A stretch of DNA of 20,862 nucleotides. Source: an uncultured Janthinobacterium sp. Its GTDB lineage: Bacteria; Vulcanimicrobiota; Vulcanimicrobiia; Vulcanimicrobiales; Vulcanimicrobiaceae. This document shows, one piece after another, positions 18,107 through 20,862 of the stretch (within the stretch, counting starts at the first letter, position 1; the number at the start of each line of letters is the position of its first letter). The notes beneath the pieces are model-generated. The model ran no database searches. It was not told where the DNA came from and saw only the letters and a program-made list of their open reading frames with translations. Location of the stretch: assembly GCA_964658025.1 (NCBI GenBank), contig CAZZXB010000045.1:1-20862 (forward strand), read 5' to 3'. The position numbers were made by a program, and so were the translations under genes.

Positions 18107-19215
18107 GTGCCGATGCGCCGACCGTCGCGATCACGCGCGTATTTAAGACATCGGTCGACGCCTTGTATCGCGCCTGGATCGATCCTTCGTCGCTCGAGCG
18201 TTGGCTCGCACCTGGCTCGAACCGCGTCGTTTCGGTCGTAGCCGACGTTCGTGTCGGCGGCGCGTTCCGGCTCGACATGCTCGACGCAAACGGCGTGCGA
18301 AGTGCGTTTTCCGGCGTCTATACGGCGATCGTTGCGCGCGCGTTGATCGCGATGACCTGGCGATACGAAGGCCCCGCCGAGGCGCTGGCGCACGGCAATT
18401 CGGTCCTCTGCGTACGCTTCCGACCGATCGATGCGGAGAGCGCCGAACTTCGACTCGAGCACGCGTTGGTCGAGCCAGACGTTTCGCCCCGTGCGTATCG
18501 ACTCGGTTGGGCGACGTGCTTCGACAAACTCGACGGCGTCGTCTCACCGTCGAAGAGCGACAAGCGGGCGACCTTTTCGTACTCGGCGGGTCAACGTGCC
18601 GCACAACATCGATACGGCACCGAAGCACTCGCGCGGACGCTCGGGCACAAACTCGTTCGCCCGTCCTTGTCGGACGAAGATGCCGCCTTTATCGCGCGAC
18701 GCGACATGCTTTTCTTGTCGACGGTCGACGACGCGGGTATGCCAACCGTCTCGTACAAGGGCGGAGCGACCGGATTCGCGACGGTCGATCGAGGCGAGGT
18801 CGTCTTTCCAAGTTACGATGGAAACGGCATGTGCTTGTCGATCGGAAACATCACGGAACGTCCGAACGTGGGCCTGCTGTTCGTCGATTTCGAGGTGCCC
18901 CAGCGTTTGCGCGTGCAGGGCAACGCGACGATCGACGACGGCCCGTCCAAGAGCCATTATCCGGGAGCCGTTTGCGTGATCCGGATCGTGCCGACCGCCG
19001 TCTTTTCGAATTGCGCTCGATACGTCCACCCGATGCGCCGGGTCGAGTCGTCCGCATACATTCCCGACGAGTCGGGCGACGCACCGTTCCCCGCGTGGAA
19101 ACGAATTAACGAAGTTGTGGAAAGCCTGCCCGAACGCGACCGAGAGCGCGCCTTGGAACTCGGCATCATCGACGTCGAGCGCTATAGGACAATGCTGCGC
19201 GAAGGAATGTCATGA
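18103..19215 (+). CDS. SRPBCC (AHSA1/START-like) domain fused to a pyridoxamine 5'-phosphate oxidase-like FMN-binding domain
   Basis: GTGA overlap with arsR; N-half: ITRVF..LYRAWIDP..LERW, DVRVGGAFRLDM, GW..CFDKL; C-half: FIARRDMLFLST..PTVSYKGG..GF, FPSYDGNGM.LS.GNI, VGLLFVDF, RLRVQG.A, NCARY. Confidence 0.85.
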   Translation: MSADAPTVAITRVFKTSVDALYRAWIDPSSLERWLAPGSNRVVSVVADVRVGGAFRLDMLDANGVRSAFSGVYTAIVARALIAMTWRYEGPAEALAHGNSVLCVRFRPIDAESAELRLEHALVEPDVSPRAYRLGWATCFDKLDGVVSPSKSDKRATFSYSAGQRAAQHRYGTEALARTLGHKLVRPSLSDEDAAFIARRDMLFLSTVDDAGMPTVSYKGGATGFATVDRGEVVFPSYDGNGMCLSIGNITERPNVGLLFVDFEVPQRLRVQGNATIDDGPSKSHYPGAVCVIRIVPTAVFSNCARYVHPMRRVESSAYIPDESGDAPFPAWKRINEVVESLPERDRERALELGIIDVERYRTMLREGMS

Positions 19216-20798
19216 TGTTCCGCATCGTCGCGATGGCGATCGTCGTCTTCTTCGCCTGCTCGTGCGATTGCGGTGCGAGCACTCCGCACGAACTGCGATT
19301 TGCAAACTCCGACGACATCACGACGCTCGATCCCGTGCTGAGCGCGGAGACGACCGTTGGCCTGTTATCGCAACTCACCATGGCGTACCTCGTGCGCTAC
19401 GATCGATCGAATCGACCGATCCCGGAACTCGCAACGGAGATACCGACGAAGCGCAACGGCGGGATCTCAGCCGACGGCAAGACGATCACCTGGCACCTGC
19501 GCCGCGACGCGGTCTGGTCCGACGGCGCGCCGTTCGACGCATACGATGTCGCGTTCACAGTCGCGACGATCCGCAATCCGGCGAATAACGTTGTTTCGCG
19601 GGACGGATTCGATTCGATCGATCGCGTCCAAACGCCGGATCGCTATACGAGCGTCTTCCGGCTCAAGAAACCGTACGCCGCATTCCTTCCGCGATTTTTC
19701 GGAAGTCCGCCGGGCAATCCGTGCATCTTACCCCGTCACGCACTCGATTCGCAGCCGACGATCAACACAGCACCGTACAATGCGCTGCCGATCGGAATCG
19801 GGCCGTTTCGATACGTCTCTTGGCGGCGCGGAGAAGCGATTCGGATGGAGGCGAATCCCACGTATTTTCGTGGGATGCCGAAACTCAGGCGGATCGACTT
19901 TGAGATCGTGGCGGACGCCGGGACGGCGCTCACGCGCCTCGCCGCGGGCGACGTCGACCTCCTCATGAACGTCAAACCAGTCGACGTCGCGCGAGCGCGG
20001 ACGATTCCCGATGCGACGGTCGTGCGTCGGCCGAGTTATCGATTCGTAACACTGGCCTTCAACACGTCGACGTCGATCTTGCGCGATACGATCGTGCGCC
20101 GCGCCTTGCAACTCGCCGTCGATCGCGACGAGTTGGTCCGGAAGGTCGACGGCGGGCTGGGAACCGCGCAGCAGAGCTTCGTGCCGTCCGGCTACGTAAG
20201 CTATCGGAAAATCGCGCTTCCCAGATTCGACATCGCGCGCGCCGAGGCGATGCTCGCGCGTGACGGATGGACTCTCGGCCCCGACGGTATACGCCGAAAA
20301 AACGGCGCGCCGCTCGAAATCGATCTCGATACGGTCGCGGGCGCCTACCCGCAGTACGTCGAGCTAATTCGAGCCTGGTGGACGGAGCTCGGCGTATCGC
20401 TCCAAACCAAGACGTTCGATCCCAAGTTCTTTTATCAACCCCAAACAGGCGTCGTGTTCGGAGGCCGTTTCGACGCGACGATCTATTCGATCCAGAATTT
20501 CCCGTTCGTCTATCCGTCGTTGATCTTCGCCTGCGACCGCATTCCACCAAACGGCCTCAATCTTACGCGATATTGCGACGCGGGGCTCGATGCATTGATG
20601 AGAGATTACGAGTCGACCTACGATACCGAACGACAGCAAAGCGATCTCGCATCCATCGCCCAGAAGGTCAGCGATGATGTGCCGCTCATCGTCTTGACGT
20701 ACGCCGACAACGTCTTCGTTTTTCGGAGCGGCGTCGAACGTTTTGCGCCGAACGGCATCACGTTCTTCGACGACATGATGGACATCGACGTTCGGTAG
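19212..20798 (+). CDS. Peptide/nickel ABC transporter substrate-binding protein (SBP family 5)
   Basis: ATGA overlap; TTLDP, PELATEIPT..NGGISADGKTITWHLR....WSDGAPF.A.DV.FT, PIGIGPF, ANPTYFRG.PKL, D..VRRAL..AVDR; N-terminal export signal. Confidence 0.93.
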   Translation: MMFRIVAMAIVVFFACSCDCGASTPHELRFANSDDITTLDPVLSAETTVGLLSQLTMAYLVRYDRSNRPIPELATEIPTKRNGGISADGKTITWHLRRDAVWSDGAPFDAYDVAFTVATIRNPANNVVSRDGFDSIDRVQTPDRYTSVFRLKKPYAAFLPRFFGSPPGNPCILPRHALDSQPTINTAPYNALPIGIGPFRYVSWRRGEAIRMEANPTYFRGMPKLRRIDFEIVADAGTALTRLAAGDVDLLMNVKPVDVARARTIPDATVVRRPSYRFVTLAFNTSTSILRDTIVRRALQLAVDRDELVRKVDGGLGTAQQSFVPSGYVSYRKIALPRFDIARAEAMLARDGWTLGPDGIRRKNGAPLEIDLDTVAGAYPQYVELIRAWWTELGVSLQTKTFDPKFFYQPQTGVVFGGRFDATIYSIQNFPFVYPSLIFACDRIPPNGLNLTRYCDAGLDALMRDYESTYDTERQQSDLASIAQKVSDDVPLIVLTYADNVFVFRSGVERFAPNGITFFDDMMDIDVR

Positions 20799-20862
20799 CG
20801 TCGCTAACGGTTAGCGGAGCGCGGTCTCCCGGGCCGCGTGCAATTGCGGGACGCCGTCGCCT

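Overview
GC-rich, CpG-rich bacterial DNA. My taxonomic guess, by inference only, is Eremiobacterota/Vulcanimicrobiota-like. The core is a compact Calvin-cycle cassette: prk -> <- cbbR | cbbL-cbbS (red-type, form IE-like RuBisCO) - terminator - cbbX. The PRK is of the cyanobacterial/plant-like class, has no cysteine and has altered catalytic motifs. cbbL appears to be transcribed as a leaderless mRNA. Left of the cassette are a frameshifted DUF5996-like remnant, two APC amino-acid permeases, and an uncharacterised 'quinate 5-dehydrogenase'-annotated family gene. Next come a wHTH-BTAD regulator bracketed by a 23-bp repeated motif and followed by a secreted protein, an acyl-ACP-reductase-like gene with no decarbonylase partner, two tiny membrane proteins, a DHA2 MFS exporter and a SAM methyltransferase. 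Right of the cassette are a TauE exporter, a leaderless 80-aa ORF, a two-domain VOC protein, and an autoregulated ArsR operon encoding an SRPBCC-PNPOx fusion and an orphan family-5 substrate-binding protein. I saw no RNA genes, CRISPR arrays or transposases. All family calls come from motif recognition by eye, not from database searches.
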